In this document: positions 22,126-35,090 of the stretch, in pieces
Position numbering within the stretch: position 1 is the first letter of the stretch
How the letters are laid out: each line of letters begins with the position of its first letter
Origin: Histomonas meleagridis 2922-C6/04-290x
Lineage: Eukaryota; Protista; Parabasalia
Assembly: GCA_020184695.1 (NCBI GenBank)
Contig: JAANOX010000014.1
Span: 248,001 to 312,000, forward strand
DNA: 64,000 nt
Direction of reading: 5' to 3'
The notes under the pieces: model-generated
The model's input: the letters and a program-made list of their open reading frames with translations, nothing else
Told to the model about the DNA's origin: nothing
Databases searched by the model: none
Position numbers and translations under genes: made by a program

Positions 22126-25100
22126 TTGATCCCTGAAACATTTGTTGTTGGAAAAGTATTTCAAGATATTGTAGATGATTTCAATAACCCCAAATCTCCT
22201 TATCCAGAAGATGAAAAATTTAAGTGGTTTTCATCGAGTATTTGGGTTGATAATGTTGCAAAAAAATATCAAGAAACTCTTTCTAAATGTAGCAAAATAT
22301 CATCTTATAATACCTTCATTCATTTTCTAGCATTAATTGTTCCTAAATTAAATGCATTTCAAGGAAAAGAAATAACAGATTTCGAAAAACAAGTTTTAAG
22401 TATTTTATGCCAAATAGCAAAGAATATTTCAGACAAGCCCAACTGTTTGGATGCAGGTTATTTTTTATATCAAATTTTAACACATCCATTTGTTATTTCA
22501 ATGTATCCCAAAAATCCAACAATAATATTTCCATTTAGTCAATTGATTGCCAAATCCATTGATGGTGGCTGTCCTATTATTGATTGTTTACTTTTAACAC
22601 TCCAAAATCAAATCACTCAATATCCCCAATCAAGTTTTTTCTTTGTACACATATTATATTTCATAATCAATGAAGAACATTCATTTATTACATTTCTTAA
22701 TAAGCTTCATCTTATCTACCAAGTCATTAATAAATTTCGAAATGAATTACATGTTGAATTATACTTACTCCTTCGACGCTTTTCATCACTCCATTCGAAT
22801 GTTCATCGAAATGTTCTTTATAATCATCAATTTGGAACACCATTTCAATTCATAAATGATAAAATAATTAACTTCAACAAACTTGGTCAAGAATTTTATC
22901 CTCTTGTATCATTTCTAGTGCCATTTGTCTTTTTTTGCTATCCACAAGACAAAATTATCAACATTGTTTCATCATTAATTATCCCGAACAAAAAGAATTC
23001 ACGTTACTTATATTTTTCATTGATCGAAATGTTCACAGCCAAAATCATGATGAAAGATAAATTTCCGAGTTTTCTCAATCCCATTTTAGAGAAATCGATT
23101 GAGAACTTTACAAACAACAATGAATTTTCATTCAAATATGTCAATGCATCATATATTATTATAGATTCATTTATACGAAAAAACAATTGGAAACTATTAA
23201 AGAATTATTCCGAATCGAAAGAAAACTATGGGAAAATGATATTTTGTGAAGCATGTCGATTATTATTTTCGACATATCCAATTGAACCACAAAATTTTCC
23301 GAATTTTATAGTTACAAAACTCATTAAATATATTTATGACTCATTACAAAACAATAATTTATTTGAATCGCATGAAAACAATTTATTATTTGAAGCAGCT
23401 ATTAAACCTTTTATTATGGAATTAAGTAATAATGATAAAACAGAAGTCGAAACGCCTTTAGTTTATCAGATATTAATTCGATATTTTTCTGATTTAGAAA
23501 ACCTTAAAAAAATTTCGTTAAATATAATTTCATTTATATCATTAAATTCGAATTTAACTCCTTCAATATTGTTTTGTTTTTTAAAGAATTTGTTCATTAA
23601 ATTCGATCATTGGAATCACGAGAAAATTCGAGATCCGAATTCGTTTTCGAGTGTTATTGATTCGGTTATTATAAATTATCGTTGTGTAATTACCGATCAT
23701 TTATCGAATGGTAAAGCGTATATGATTGAGCAATTTTTATATATTTTTAATACTATATTATCATGGATTATTTATATCATCGATATAAATAAATTTAATG
23801 ATATTTATTTGAATTATAACGCAATATTTGATATAATTCTTATGTATAAAATGATCGAATTAAATACAAAAAATTCTGAAATGTTATTGAATGATTTATT
23901 GAAAAAGTGAGGACGTAATGAAAAAAATTTGAATCTAAAACCTTCAAATTATTTGATAAGTAATATAATCCAAATTCCTTATATATTATTATCAAAACAT
24001 CAAAAAATTGGTCCTATGTTTTTTACAGTTTGTTTCCAATATTCTAAAGCTAAAGATGTAATTAATGAAATCCCAAAAATTATTGAATTTGAACAATTTT
24101 CAACATTAATTCCAATATTTCATAAGATGCCAAAAGATTGGGTACCGCATTGTTTAGATGAATTTTATAAAATATTATCTGATGAGAAAGTTAATTCTAA
24201 AATTTCATTAATGAATTTAATAAAATTATTAATGAAAATTATAAATGAAGAAAATGTTAATCGTGAATTAGAAATCGGATTTTTATTAATGAAAGAGATC
24301 CAAATTAATCGCTTTAAAGCAAATGATTTAGAATTAAATGAAAGTGTTTATAAATATCTTAAAAAACTTTTTATGTTTAATAATATTCCAACAAATGAAA
24401 CATCGTTATTAATATATACATATTTATTAGAGAACTTATGTTATTATTATAAATTTGTAAATGAAAATGTGATTTTTTTAATAATGAAACTATTAAATGT
24501 AATAACAAATAAATTATATTTCCCAAAGAAAAAATATATTTTGTTTACATTAAATACATTCGAAAAAATTAATTCAAAATTTCCACAAAATAAAGTATCA
24601 TTACAAATGAACATTGATAATATATTAAGAAATAATTTCATTTTTTCTTTTGGTTGTTATTTCCGTAAATTAAAATATTGTCGAAAAGAATTTAAATCAT
24701 TTTTAATTCATTCGTTTTGTAATGTTTATGATCCGAATAAATATAAAACAAATATAATAAAAGAAAATGATAATATAAAAGTTGAGATTATGAATATAAT
24801 TATATCTTTTAATGATTTAATGAATGGTAATTTTAATAGTATAACTTCAATTGACGTTTTTATTAAATTTTTCGCTTATTTTGATTTAAATAAAAAATTA
24901 TTAAAATTTGTCATAAGTAAAAAAAATGAATTAATAACATTTCAAATGTTTATGATTTCATATTTGAAATTGTTTTCATTTTATTTAGATTTTAATGCAT
25001 TACATTCGGCATTTTATAAAAAATCTATAAATGATTTTATTAAAAATATCGAATTCGATTCGAATTTAATTTCATTTTTCAAAATAATTGGAAAAGAAAA

Positions 25101-27801
25101 TGTTATAAATTATTTTTGTGATTATTTATTATTACCATTTTTAAGTGAACCTATTTTTTATGGTGTTGATAAGAATTCTAATGAAATCGAAGCTCAAAAA
25201 TTCATAAATTCATTAAAAGACAATAAAAAATTCATTAAAATATTTAACAAAGAAAAAACTAATTTAAAAATCCATTTTCCGATAATCGATTTCACTGATA
25301 CATTCCGAAAGATTTTAATATTTAAACGAAAAGATGAAATTATTCCTATTGATACAATCGATAGTTTCAAACAAGCGCATCCATTTCAACCATCGGAATA
25401 TTTAAAAATCAAAAATTCGAATTCGATTTATTCAATCAAACGAACGTCGACCAAAAATAAAGTTATTATAATATGTTATAAATTACCCGGAAGTATTCAG
25501 CCAATGAAAATGGCGCAATTTATACAAATACATTTTGATATTCAACAAAAGAATAAAGTAATAATTAATTTTTCGGGTAAATGTAATTATAATCTCGAAT
25601 ATTTAAATGAAGTTTTCCATTATATATCTGAAGAAACATTTAAATCATTACAAAAAATTTATTTGTTAAATGTCTCTGAACCAGTTTTAAACTTCTTTAA
25701 TGAAAACCTTAAGAAAGAAGACTTAACAAAAATAAATGTAATAAACAACTTTCGAATTAAAAGTACTTTCCCACGAAATTTAATTGATTTCTCATTAAAA
25801 GTTAATGATGAAGAATGGGTTCAATTTGATAACAAAAACATGAACTTAATTAACACTAAAATTTATAAAGGAAATGTCATTTCATTAATTAAAAGTTATC
25901 CGTATTCAACAATTATAATAAAAAAGAATTTGATTCATGATCAAAATAAAAAAGAAATTTCCGAGTTAAATCATATAAATGATCGAAAAATACTTCGAAC
26001 ATTAAGTTTCAAAATCCTTTTCTCATTCTACGGACGATATTTTAATAGTTTCGCATATTTCCCAATAACTTTGGAACGAATGATATCCGAATTAATTCAC
26101 GTGACAATTAATGATTCATATTTAACGCAGTCATATTCATTAATGTTTTTATATCATTTGGTTAAACCAAACGTTTATACAAATAACGAAATATTTTTAA
26201 ATACAAATATCACACCAAATTATTCAATAATCGCTAAAAATATTTTGGAATTAAAGAATTGGGAAAAAATTTTAATTTGTTTCGTTAAAGAATTTAATGA
26301 TTTAACTTCATATTTTAAACTTTTAAGAAAATTAATTAATAAATTGGAAAATAAAAAAGTTATAAATAAAGTATTATATTATATAACAAATGAAAAGAAT
26401 TGTCATTTGTTGAACTTTTGGGAAAAAATTAAATCAAATGAATTCGTTTTGGATGCAGTTCCATTCATTTGTAATTCGAATTTACAATTTAATGATAAAA
26501 TTTTGGTGATCTCGAATTTGGTTAAAAATAATTCCGATGCAATTTTACAACTAATGAAAAACCCACCTAAAAATGCCGTTTATTTCTTCCCTTATTTGAT
26601 TGTGGGCGAATTTGATTTGGATTTCGAGTTCTTTTACCAAAGCATTTTATACTTCATTCAATTCGGTGTTTATTTTGAACAGGAAACCGCTTCGAAATTC
26701 TTAATTTCTTTGTTTTACTCGTTTTCAAAATTCGATTTCATCAGAATTCATAACGATGAGATCAATTCAATTGACAATTATCGTAAACCGGAAAATTTCA
26801 ATAAGTCATTGAAAATTTTAATTGAAATATTTGAATACATAAACAAAATTGACGATTTTACAAAATTGCTAAAGGAATCAACATCAAATAAGCCTTGTAT
26901 TTTATATATAAAGCAACATTTCAAAATTATAAATAATGAACAAGAAAAAATAATCATTTCTAATATTATTAAATATCATGAATTTATTGAAATTTCAATT
27001 TCAACTTTATTACAACTACCACATAATATTGTTCATTTTTGGATTGCCTTATTTTTAATGCAAATTCCTTCTGTTTCTGTTCAACAAGATTCATTAAATT
27101 TAGTTAAAAAATGTTTCGAAACCAGTTCGAATTTTTATCAAAATTTCATTTTGTCTACTTTACAGAACAACAAATTCAAAGAAATTGTTATGGAAAAGGT
27201 AAAAATGCCATCAAAAAATGATGTATCGTTCGTATCGTTATTCTGGAAAATGGCGTTTTATAAAATGCGAGGAAATATTAATGATACATATACTATGATT
27301 GAATATTATAAGCTTATATTAGAAACTCAAGAGATTACTTCTAATGATGCTATATCGTATTTGATTGTTTTACTTTCATTTTCACAAGAAGATATTTCGA
27401 AATATATTTCGAAGTTTGGAAATAATTTAGTCGAATTAATACTAAACTCAAGCACTAAAAATGAATGTATTTCATTTTTGGTTGCCTCAATGAAAAATGC
27501 AAATGCATATCCGCAAATTAATCGAATTGTCGACGTTTTAATCGAAATTTGTAATTTTGATATTTCGGCAATTTCATATGTAAAAGAGCAAATCAGCAAA
27601 AGTGTTCTTTCGTGCTTACTGAAGGAAACTAATATGAAATTGTGCGTGCAGTTCACAAAGTTGTTGGAGTTGGTGTCAAAGGCAGAAAACGCGAACGAAA
27701 ACAACGAAAATGAAGTCGAGGAAATGACGGAATTCAAAATAAATGAAGAAACGACATTCGAAATAATTAAGTTAATTGCAGATTACTTTGTTTTTGAGTA
27801 A
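22126..27801 (+). CDS. Large neurofibromin/Ira-like HEAT + Sec14 protein split by one in-frame TGA; possibly a pseudogene
   Basis: ORFs 22126-23910 and 23929-27801 are in the same frame (AAG-TGA-GGA-CGT-AAT...). Sec14-like segment VIINFSG...LQKIYLLNV. HFWIALFLMQ and SFVSLFWKM segments resemble the NF1 C-terminus as recalled. No in-frame ATG at the 5' end. Confidence 0.55.
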
Positions 27802-28113
27802 AGAATCTTTTTAGGTTGAAATGTTTGTTAATTTAAATTAAAGTTCCCAACGATAGAATCAAATGAATGAAAAATCATCGCATTTAAATTCAAAAACTGA
27901 AGTGTTTGGAAAACATTATAAAATTTATTAAAGATAATTATAAGGAAGAAATGATTGTAAAATGAACAAATTCTCTTTCAAACGAAGTGCATTGATACAA
28001 TTGTATGAAAACGACGGAAATGTCTATCGTTCACGAATAAACTACTGAATTTACAGTTTTTGCCAAACAAAAAATCGAGTTCTGTAGTTTTTATTTCAAG
28101 ACAAAGATACATT

Positions 28114-28923
28114 TCAGTGGTTGATACGATACAAAAATGGAACAACAGCACTGTAAAGGTTATTAACATATGATGACCAAAACGAAACTGTTGATGGGCC
28201 AAATCTGAGCTGAGAAACATTCATTTGAAGTTTCTGTTGTCTGCAAATATGACTCAGCTCAGCGCCAACGCCATATCTAACATTTAAATTATGCAAATTA
28301 AGGAATAATCTCATTAATTCTTCCTTTGAACCGCATACAGGAACAAGTATATTGAGAGGATTGTAAAACATTGGAGCCGTATCAAGCTTTGGCGAGACTA
28401 CGCTAAGATAACTTCCATCTTTTGGAATCCTATCAATTTCATATGCAATCATGTAAGCATTAAGAACATATTTTCCACGAGCTCTAATTGCACCTTCAAC
28501 AAACCTTCCAAGTTCAGTGTTATCTTGGCACTGATAAGGAAATATATCAAATCTTTTTATAATTTCTGGAACTTGTTTTGTATACACTGCCTTTGCATGT
28601 GGATAAAAACAAACAATTTCATAGCTTTCGTCTATATTTTCGCTTATCAATTGCTGTAAGATTTTTATTTGTTCGATTGATACTTCAAGATTTTTCGTAA
28701 GTTGATATATTACTGAAAGATATATTCCATTTTCTGGTTTCATGTGTATAATTGGTATTTTTTCGTTATTACGTACGTAGTAAGAGTTTTCGTGTTTTGT
28801 TAAGAACATCTGTCCAAATGTTTTTGGTGGGAATACAGATGAAATGAATCTTTTAATAAACATTATTAGATAGAAACCAAGTATGAAGTAAAGAAGAATT
28901 ATTAGTTCGTTGTTTACTTCCAT
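28114..28923 (-). CDS. Hypothetical protein with N-terminal hydrophobic anchor
   Basis: Long open frame with ordinary amino-acid composition; first ATG at 28921-28923 followed by LIILLYFILGFYLIMFI. No recognised domain. Confidence 0.7.
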   Translation of the reverse strand: MEVNNELIILLYFILGFYLIMFIKRFISSVFPPKTFGQMFLTKHENSYYVRNNEKIPIIHMKPENGIYLSVIYQLTKNLEVSIEQIKILQQLISENIDESYEIVCFYPHAKAVYTKQVPEIIKRFDIFPYQCQDNTELGRFVEGAIRARGKYVLNAYMIAYEIDRIPKDGSYLSVVSPKLDTAPMFYNPLNILVPVCGSKEELMRLFLNLHNLNVRYGVGAELSHICRQQKLQMNVSQLRFGPSTVSFWSSYVNNLYSAVVPFLYRINH

Positions 28924-29694
28924 GAAATTGTTCCAAATGATGGAAAAAAGTGAAGTATCTATCGGAGCAATCAAAAATTATTTTTGGGCAGGAATTTTTC
29001 GATTGGAGGACGTTTAATTTATGGAAACCGTCGAACTGATTAGAACCGATTCAATTTTGTAAACAGTTTTTGCACGTTTAACAAAAAAATTTCATGTATG
29101 AAAATCAATTGATTATGCATAATTTGGATGATTTATTAAATGTTAATGCAAAATAATCAAACCAAGCTTGAGCTTTTTGTAACATAGGAAAATATTTAAT
29201 TTTTTAACAATTAATATGTATTTAATATCAATAGATATTAGTTATTTGTTCGTTTCAAAATAATATTACCAAGTTCATTTGAATATGTATTTTGGTGCCA
29301 TTCATCACACCCTATGAAAACGATATCTGATTCAACTATGTCTCAGAAAATTAAATATGTATTTACTATTCTTATTATTATAAACAAAACAAATAAATAT
29401 TTTTAGCATTAATATCAATTTCTTCTTGTTCAAGAAGTAATTTAAAGATTTCTGTATAACCACCAAAAAATGCAATGATAAGTGCTGTATAAAATAATTT
29501 AAGTAATTTCCAAATATTATTTTGAAATATTAAATTATTAAAATGAATATTAAATAAAACAAATAAATGTTTTTAGCATTAATATCAATTCCTTCTTGTT
29601 CAAGTAGTAATTTAACGATTTCTATATGACCATTTTGAGATGCAAACATAAGTGCTGTCCAAAAATTATTTTGAAATCCAAAATTATTAAAATA

Positions 29695-30976
29695 CAGAGG
29701 GGTGAAAAAGTACCCAACCCACCCCTCAAAAATGCTCAAATCTTAATATTAATTAATTTAGTTAATGTTTTTAATTAATGTATTCACCATTGTTTCTAAT
29801 TACATCTTCCAATCGGTTAATCCATTCATGGAACACATTTTGAAGGTCTTCGAAAGTAAGATTGTCCAATATTTCTTTGATGGCACTTTTTAACTCTTTT
29901 TCATCGTGAAATGATTTACCTGCGAACTTGTTTTTCGAGTATCCGAAAAACCAGAAGTCACTTGGTGCAAAATCGGGGGAATATGGCCGATGGGATGCTC
30001 TTATTAGTCCGCTTTTTTTTATACAATCAGTGGTCACTTTTGAATTATGAATGCGAGAGTTGTCCATATGAATAAACATGATTCTAACTTTTTTCTTTCT
30101 GATACCAATTCGTCCATTTTTGACAATGCTGGATAAAATGCATTTACAAAAATGTGTTGAATTAAATTTTATACCTGGATCTAAAATATTAACTGTTACA
30201 AGGCCAACACCAGTAAAGAATATTGTAACCATCCATTTTTTTGTATTGATACTTTGTCTCAACCTTGGTGTAACAGAATCTGGATTTGGTGCCCATTGAA
30301 ATACATGATCATAATGCATATTAAACCAACTTTCATCACCAGTAATAATATTGGCAAAATTGTTTGGTTCATCTGCCTCAAGTATCTTTAAAAGTTCTTC
30401 TGATTCTTGGACTATTTTTAATTTTCGTTCATTAGTGAGTAAATGAGGAGTCCATTTCTTTGAATATTTTTTATAATTCATTTTTAATAAGTTTCTTTTG
30501 ACAACAAATTTATCAATGTGGATGGCTTTTGCCATCATCTTGGTTGATGCATAAGGTTTATCATTGAGAAAATTTAAAATTAATTCCTTAATATCGATTT
30601 TTGGCCTTCCACTCCTTGGGAGATCTTCGCCTGTGGTTCTACCCTAGTTCCAGCTTTTAATCCAATATTTTATTTGGGTTTCAGAGTATGCTTCCTCCTT
30701 ATACGTTTCATCTAATTGCTTTTTGATTTTCCTGCAACCTTGGCCTTGTAGCATTAAAAAATGAATGACATACCTTTGCTCAATAGACATAATCCCAATT
30801 ATTTTAAACGTTCGAAAATTTAAACGTATATAACTTTTTACTGAATTAATATTTTTTAAAAATTTTTATATACTTAAATACACAAGAGTTTATACTTATA
30901 TATAAATACCATTTTATGTTTTAATTCATTCTTAATAAAGAATTACAGGGGGGTCGGGTACTTTTTCACCCCCCTG
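29695..30976 (-). mobile_element. Mariner-family DNA transposon (1282 bp, DD34D)
   Basis: TA target duplication (29693-94, 30977-78). 26-bp TIRs CAG(A/G)GGGGTGAAAAAGTACCC(A/G)ACCC with 2 mismatches. Transposase motifs WTPHLL, GDESWF, HMDN and YSPDFAPSDF, with 34 residues between the 2nd and 3rd Asp. Confidence 0.96.
29771..30790 (-). pseudogene. Mariner transposase with a premature TAG
   Basis: ATG at 30788-30790 (MSIEQRYVIHFLMLQG...YWIKSWN*GRTTGEDLPRSGRP). TAG at 30644-30646, then open into ORF 29771-30538. Confidence 0.9.
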
Positions 30977-33369
30977 TAGATATTAAATAAAACAAATAAA
31001 TATCTTTAGTATTAATATCAATACCTTTGCAATTCAGAAGTATTTTAACTATTTTGATATGGTTACTTTTAGCCGCTTTAACAAGTGCAGTTTCAAATAA
31101 TTGTTATAAATATGAAATAATTAATTTAATCATAAAATTATGAATTCAGATATCAAAATGATTAACATTAATTCCTTGTTGTTTAACAAGCTATTGTACT
31201 GTTTCAACATATCCTTTTTTTGCTGCATCTAAAAGTTGTGTATTAAATAATTTAAATAAATTAAAAAAAATTTTATGAAACATAAAGATATAAAAACAAA
31301 TATAAAATTGATTAAATAAATGTTATTTGATGATTTATCAGAATTGTTTTGTTCAAGAACTAATTTAATGATTTCATAATTTCGTGTTGAACCTGGATAA
31401 CTATATATGATTGAAAAATATTGCTTGTTTTAAATATAACGATTGAGAAAGAATAAATTCCCAATTTTTATTGCTTTTCCCATAATATCATTGCTTATTT
31501 TTAATCCAACTGATTTTAAATATATAAACGTTTTGAAATTATTATGTTTTAAGCTCAGAATTCCAAATTTATTTAAATCATTAATTTCAGTAATTTTGTT
31601 TTCATAAAGATATTTAAAGATATCATTTCGATGAAATTCAATTGCTGTTTCATATGCATCTTCAAATGATGAATGGTTTTGTTCACATAAATGAATGATT
31701 TCTTCATTTCCACCAGCAACTGCATATTTACCTGTGTTTTCTACTTTAGCTCCATTCATAAGTAAATATTTAAAACATTTAACTGAAGAAAAGAATGCTG
31801 CATAATCAATTAATGTAACATTTTCTTTATTTATAATTGAACATCTTTCATAAAGTGATGGTTCAATTGTTTGATTAAAATTAAAGTTTGTTTGTGATGA
31901 TATTTCTTGAAGTTTTTCGATTTCATCATTTCGAATGATTTTCGCAATTTCATTTGGATTATGTCCTTCTTTAATATATTTCTTATGTAATTCCCAATCA
32001 TTCTTTGAAAGTTCTTCATAATTATTAATAAAATCTAATTGTAATTGCTGTGAATCAAGATGTTTTAATTGAAGAATTTCTTCTTTTGGATAATAATGTG
32101 CAAAATAGAATGATTTCTTTTCTCCTATAAAATCTGGTTGAATGAATTCATGTTCAATCATTTTATTAAGTAAATAATTTGATTCTTGTGTTTTTAACTT
32201 AATTAAATATCTTTCGAAAACATATATTATCTTATAACATTGAATGTTTTCTTCTTTTAACTCAATAAATTTTAAAAAATTTTATAAATTTGCTTCTTTC
32301 CTTTGAGATATAAAAGCACTATATATTAATCTACTAATTAAAATATTAAATGAATATGGAAAAATATCATCAAAAAACTTCATTACGATTTGAGTCGATA
32401 ATTCGAAATTATCTTCTGTTAATTCAAAAATTATGTTTTCGAGTGATTGTAATGGAGATGGACTCTTTTTTTGGTTTGATCTTTCTAAATTAATTTTTGT
32501 TAATTTTTGGCTTGTCTTTATAAAATTTTTTGGATTGATAACACGTGTTTTCGAACGGATGTTAATGTGGTTCTATTCGAACGAGTTTTCATATTATCAT
32601 AAAGTTTAATATTTGAATTAAGTGACTTAACGTTTTGAAGCAACCGTTTATCACAACCAGAAATTTTATAACGTATTTAAACGGTTCAAACATTTGAGCA
32701 AAGCCACTTTTGAATCCTAACTGAAATTTCACATCCACCAAATATAGAACCAGATAATATCATTACAATTGAGAAATTGTTATTGAATTAGATGGAAATA
32801 ATCTTGAGTTAACAGTCAAACACATTTCAGAAATTAGTAAAGTTGATTTAAGTTTCCTTTATTTAATTAATTTTATTTAACTCAGTTTATCTTTGTGTTT
32901 TTGTTGATATAAAATCAGAATTTGCAAATTTGTCAACAAATATAAAAAATTTAAATTTTTCGTAATTACTTGAAGTATTCCAATAAATAAATGAATAAGT
33001 AGAAAATGATACCAACGAAACATACGTATTATGTGAATAAAAAAGAAAATCAAATATTAGAAATACTTTTAAATTATAAAATCGAAGAATTACAAGAAAA
33101 TTCAATACAAATGATTTTTGATTTTAATCAAATAATTTGATCAATCATAATGTACAATTACAAGAAGCTTTCTAGGTTACAAATCGAATCATCTTTCTGA
33201 AATTCTCATTAATTATTGAATCAGTCTTCTCGAAAATGCTGGCTTAAAGGTCTGTATGTGTTTTGAGTACATTTCTTAAGAAAAATAATTATGATTTTTT
33301 GATCAAAATTTTCCAGCTTTTTTGGGCTATTCGGATTGAGAGAAAATTTCGGTTTGGCGCCAATTCCAA

Positions 33370-33930
33370 ATGAATCATGAAGATAAACCTCAAATCCAAC
33401 CAAACGAAAATGATATAATGTCTCAGATCTCAAATTTATCAATAGATGCATCTCATGTACCTGCAATCTTACAAGCTATTTTCCCAAACTCTGATTTGGG
33501 AAAAAAAGGTGGAAATTGGGCTCGTGGAACATGGACTGAACAAGAAGATGAATTTTTACGTACCGCCGTAGCTCAGCTTGGTACGAAAAAATGGGGTGAT
33601 ATCGCTAAATTTGTTCCAACAAGAACTTCCAAACAATGCAGAGAAAGATGGTTTAACAGACTCGACCCATCTTTGAAACATGGGCCTTTTGAACAATGGG
33701 AAGACCAAATTATAATTGAAAAACAAAAAGAATTAGGTAATCGCTGGTCAATTATTGCCCAATTGCTCCCCGGAAGGTCACCAGGCGCAGTAAAAAATAG
33801 GTGGCATTCTGGTCTAAAAAGTACGTGTAATTCTTTTAATACTTCGATTCCTCAAGATAATGTGTCAATCGATTCTTTGACAATGCTTTCACATGATCAA
33901 ACAAATGACAGACAAAGCTCAGATATTTAG
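33370..33930 (+). CDS. R2R3 Myb-like DNA-binding protein
   Basis: GTWTEQEDEFL...KKWGDIAKFVPTRTSKQCRERWFNRLDP and FEQWEDQII...LGNRWSIIAQLLPGRSPGAVKNRWH. Confidence 0.96.
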   Translation: MNHEDKPQIQPNENDIMSQISNLSIDASHVPAILQAIFPNSDLGKKGGNWARGTWTEQEDEFLRTAVAQLGTKKWGDIAKFVPTRTSKQCRERWFNRLDPSLKHGPFEQWEDQIIIEKQKELGNRWSIIAQLLPGRSPGAVKNRWHSGLKSTCNSFNTSIPQDNVSIDSLTMLSHDQTNDRQSSDI

Positions 33931-34149
33931 TTTATATATGAAAAAGATTCTATCAATAAACTTCAAATTTCGAAATTTCAATTTTTTTCAGAAGATAAAA
34001 TAAGATGTCTTAAGCAATATTTGTATTTAGTAAAAAGTTACACTTTAAAAGGAAATGATTGTTCAAAAAGAGTTTATCATTTTGAATGAACATCTTACTT
34101 ATATTTATACTAAAAATTATCTTTTTTGATATTAAAATCTACTAGTTAA

Positions 34150-34670
34150 AATCCCCCCTTTAAATAATTTAACTAATTTCATAATATTATTTCCAAATCT
34201 GTAATTAAATTAATATCATAAGCACTGTTTTATATATTTGAAAGTAATTCCAAATGTTTATATGAAATATCATATTATTTAAATAAATTTTAAATAAAAC
34301 AAATAAATATTTTTAGTTTTCTCTAAGTAAATATTCAATAAAAAAAATATTTCCAATAATTCTTGCTTCATTAATAATATCATAATTTATTTTCATTCCT
34401 TCTATTAGTAAAAATAAAAATATTTCATAATTATGATATAAAATACAAAGTTTTCCTAATTCTTCTAAATTATTAATTTCTTCAATATTACTTTCATAAA
34501 TATATTTAAAGATATCATTTCGATGAAATTCAATTGCTGTTTTATATGCACCTTCAAATGATGAACCATTTTGTCCACACAAATGAATCATTTCCTAATT
34601 CTTCTAAATTATTAATTTCTTTTTATTTAGTATCATAAATATATTTAAAAATATCATTTCGATGAAAGAT
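34150..34670 (-). pseudogene. DUF3447-like/ankyrin fragment (locus F) with local duplication
   Basis: ORF 34313-34591 (AIEFHRNDIFKYIYE) fused to an 80-nt spacer (34229-34308) and a decayed core. About 80-bp direct duplication (about 34453-34537 and 34592-34667). Confidence 0.8.
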
Positions 34671-35018
34671 TCATCTGAAGCCTATGATACGAAACTTCGG
34701 ATACAAATATTAAGGCATAATATCGATAAATATATTTGTAACCCATCCTGTTGTGCTGCTTGCAAAAAATGATAAAAGAATAAAATACACCAATTTTTTG
34801 CGACGGTTATGGATCGGAAAAACATTTTCGTTGTAGGAACATGTTCAAAAAGTCCTATCGTAAAAGTGGCATTGGTGTAAAATATAATTGAATTGTTTAC
34901 ATCGGTTAAAGTATTGAAAAGATTGAATAACATTTTGACGTGACGACTTTTTAAATTAATTTTAATCGTTGAATATTTTGCCAGTTGAGTGTAAACTATA
35001 TAAAAGTGGAGAAATATC

Positions 35019-35026
35019 GACCGTTT
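35019..35026 (+). promoter_or_regulatory. M3-type core promoter element (GACCGTTT)
   Basis: About 65 nt upstream of the ATG at 35091. The same octamer lies upstream of other genes at 40353-40360 (+), 53524-53531 (-), 13167-13174 (-) and 7667-7674 (-). Confidence 0.55.
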
Positions 35027-35090
35027 ATTTCGGGCTATTACAAAAAAGTTCTTTATTTGATCACTAGTAGTATACTACTGAAATCTCTGT

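Larger units (their letters stand above)
29375..32520 (-). pseudogene. DUF3447-like/ankyrin paralogue (locus E), interrupted by stops and a mariner
   Basis: ORF 31430-32161 with in-frame stops up- and downstream. Cores at 31152-31241 (TAG), 31002-31091 and 29569-29658. Spacers at 31242-31321 (80), 31092-31151 (60), 29659-31001 (59 once the mariner is removed) and 29489-29568 (80). Confidence 0.85.

Noticed and set aside
23905-23970. GTGAG at the NF1-like TGA as a 5' splice site removing the stop
   Set aside because: No branch point/AG at the fixed parabasalid spacing downstream.
34141-34165. Helitron-like 3' end (CTAG|T) next to ankyrin fragment F
   Set aside because: No convincing subterminal hairpin, and the end is not shared by other ankyrin loci.
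34682-34933. 83-aa ORF as a real gene
   Set aside because: No recognisable motif and it abuts a rearranged pseudogene. It cannot be supported from sequence alone.
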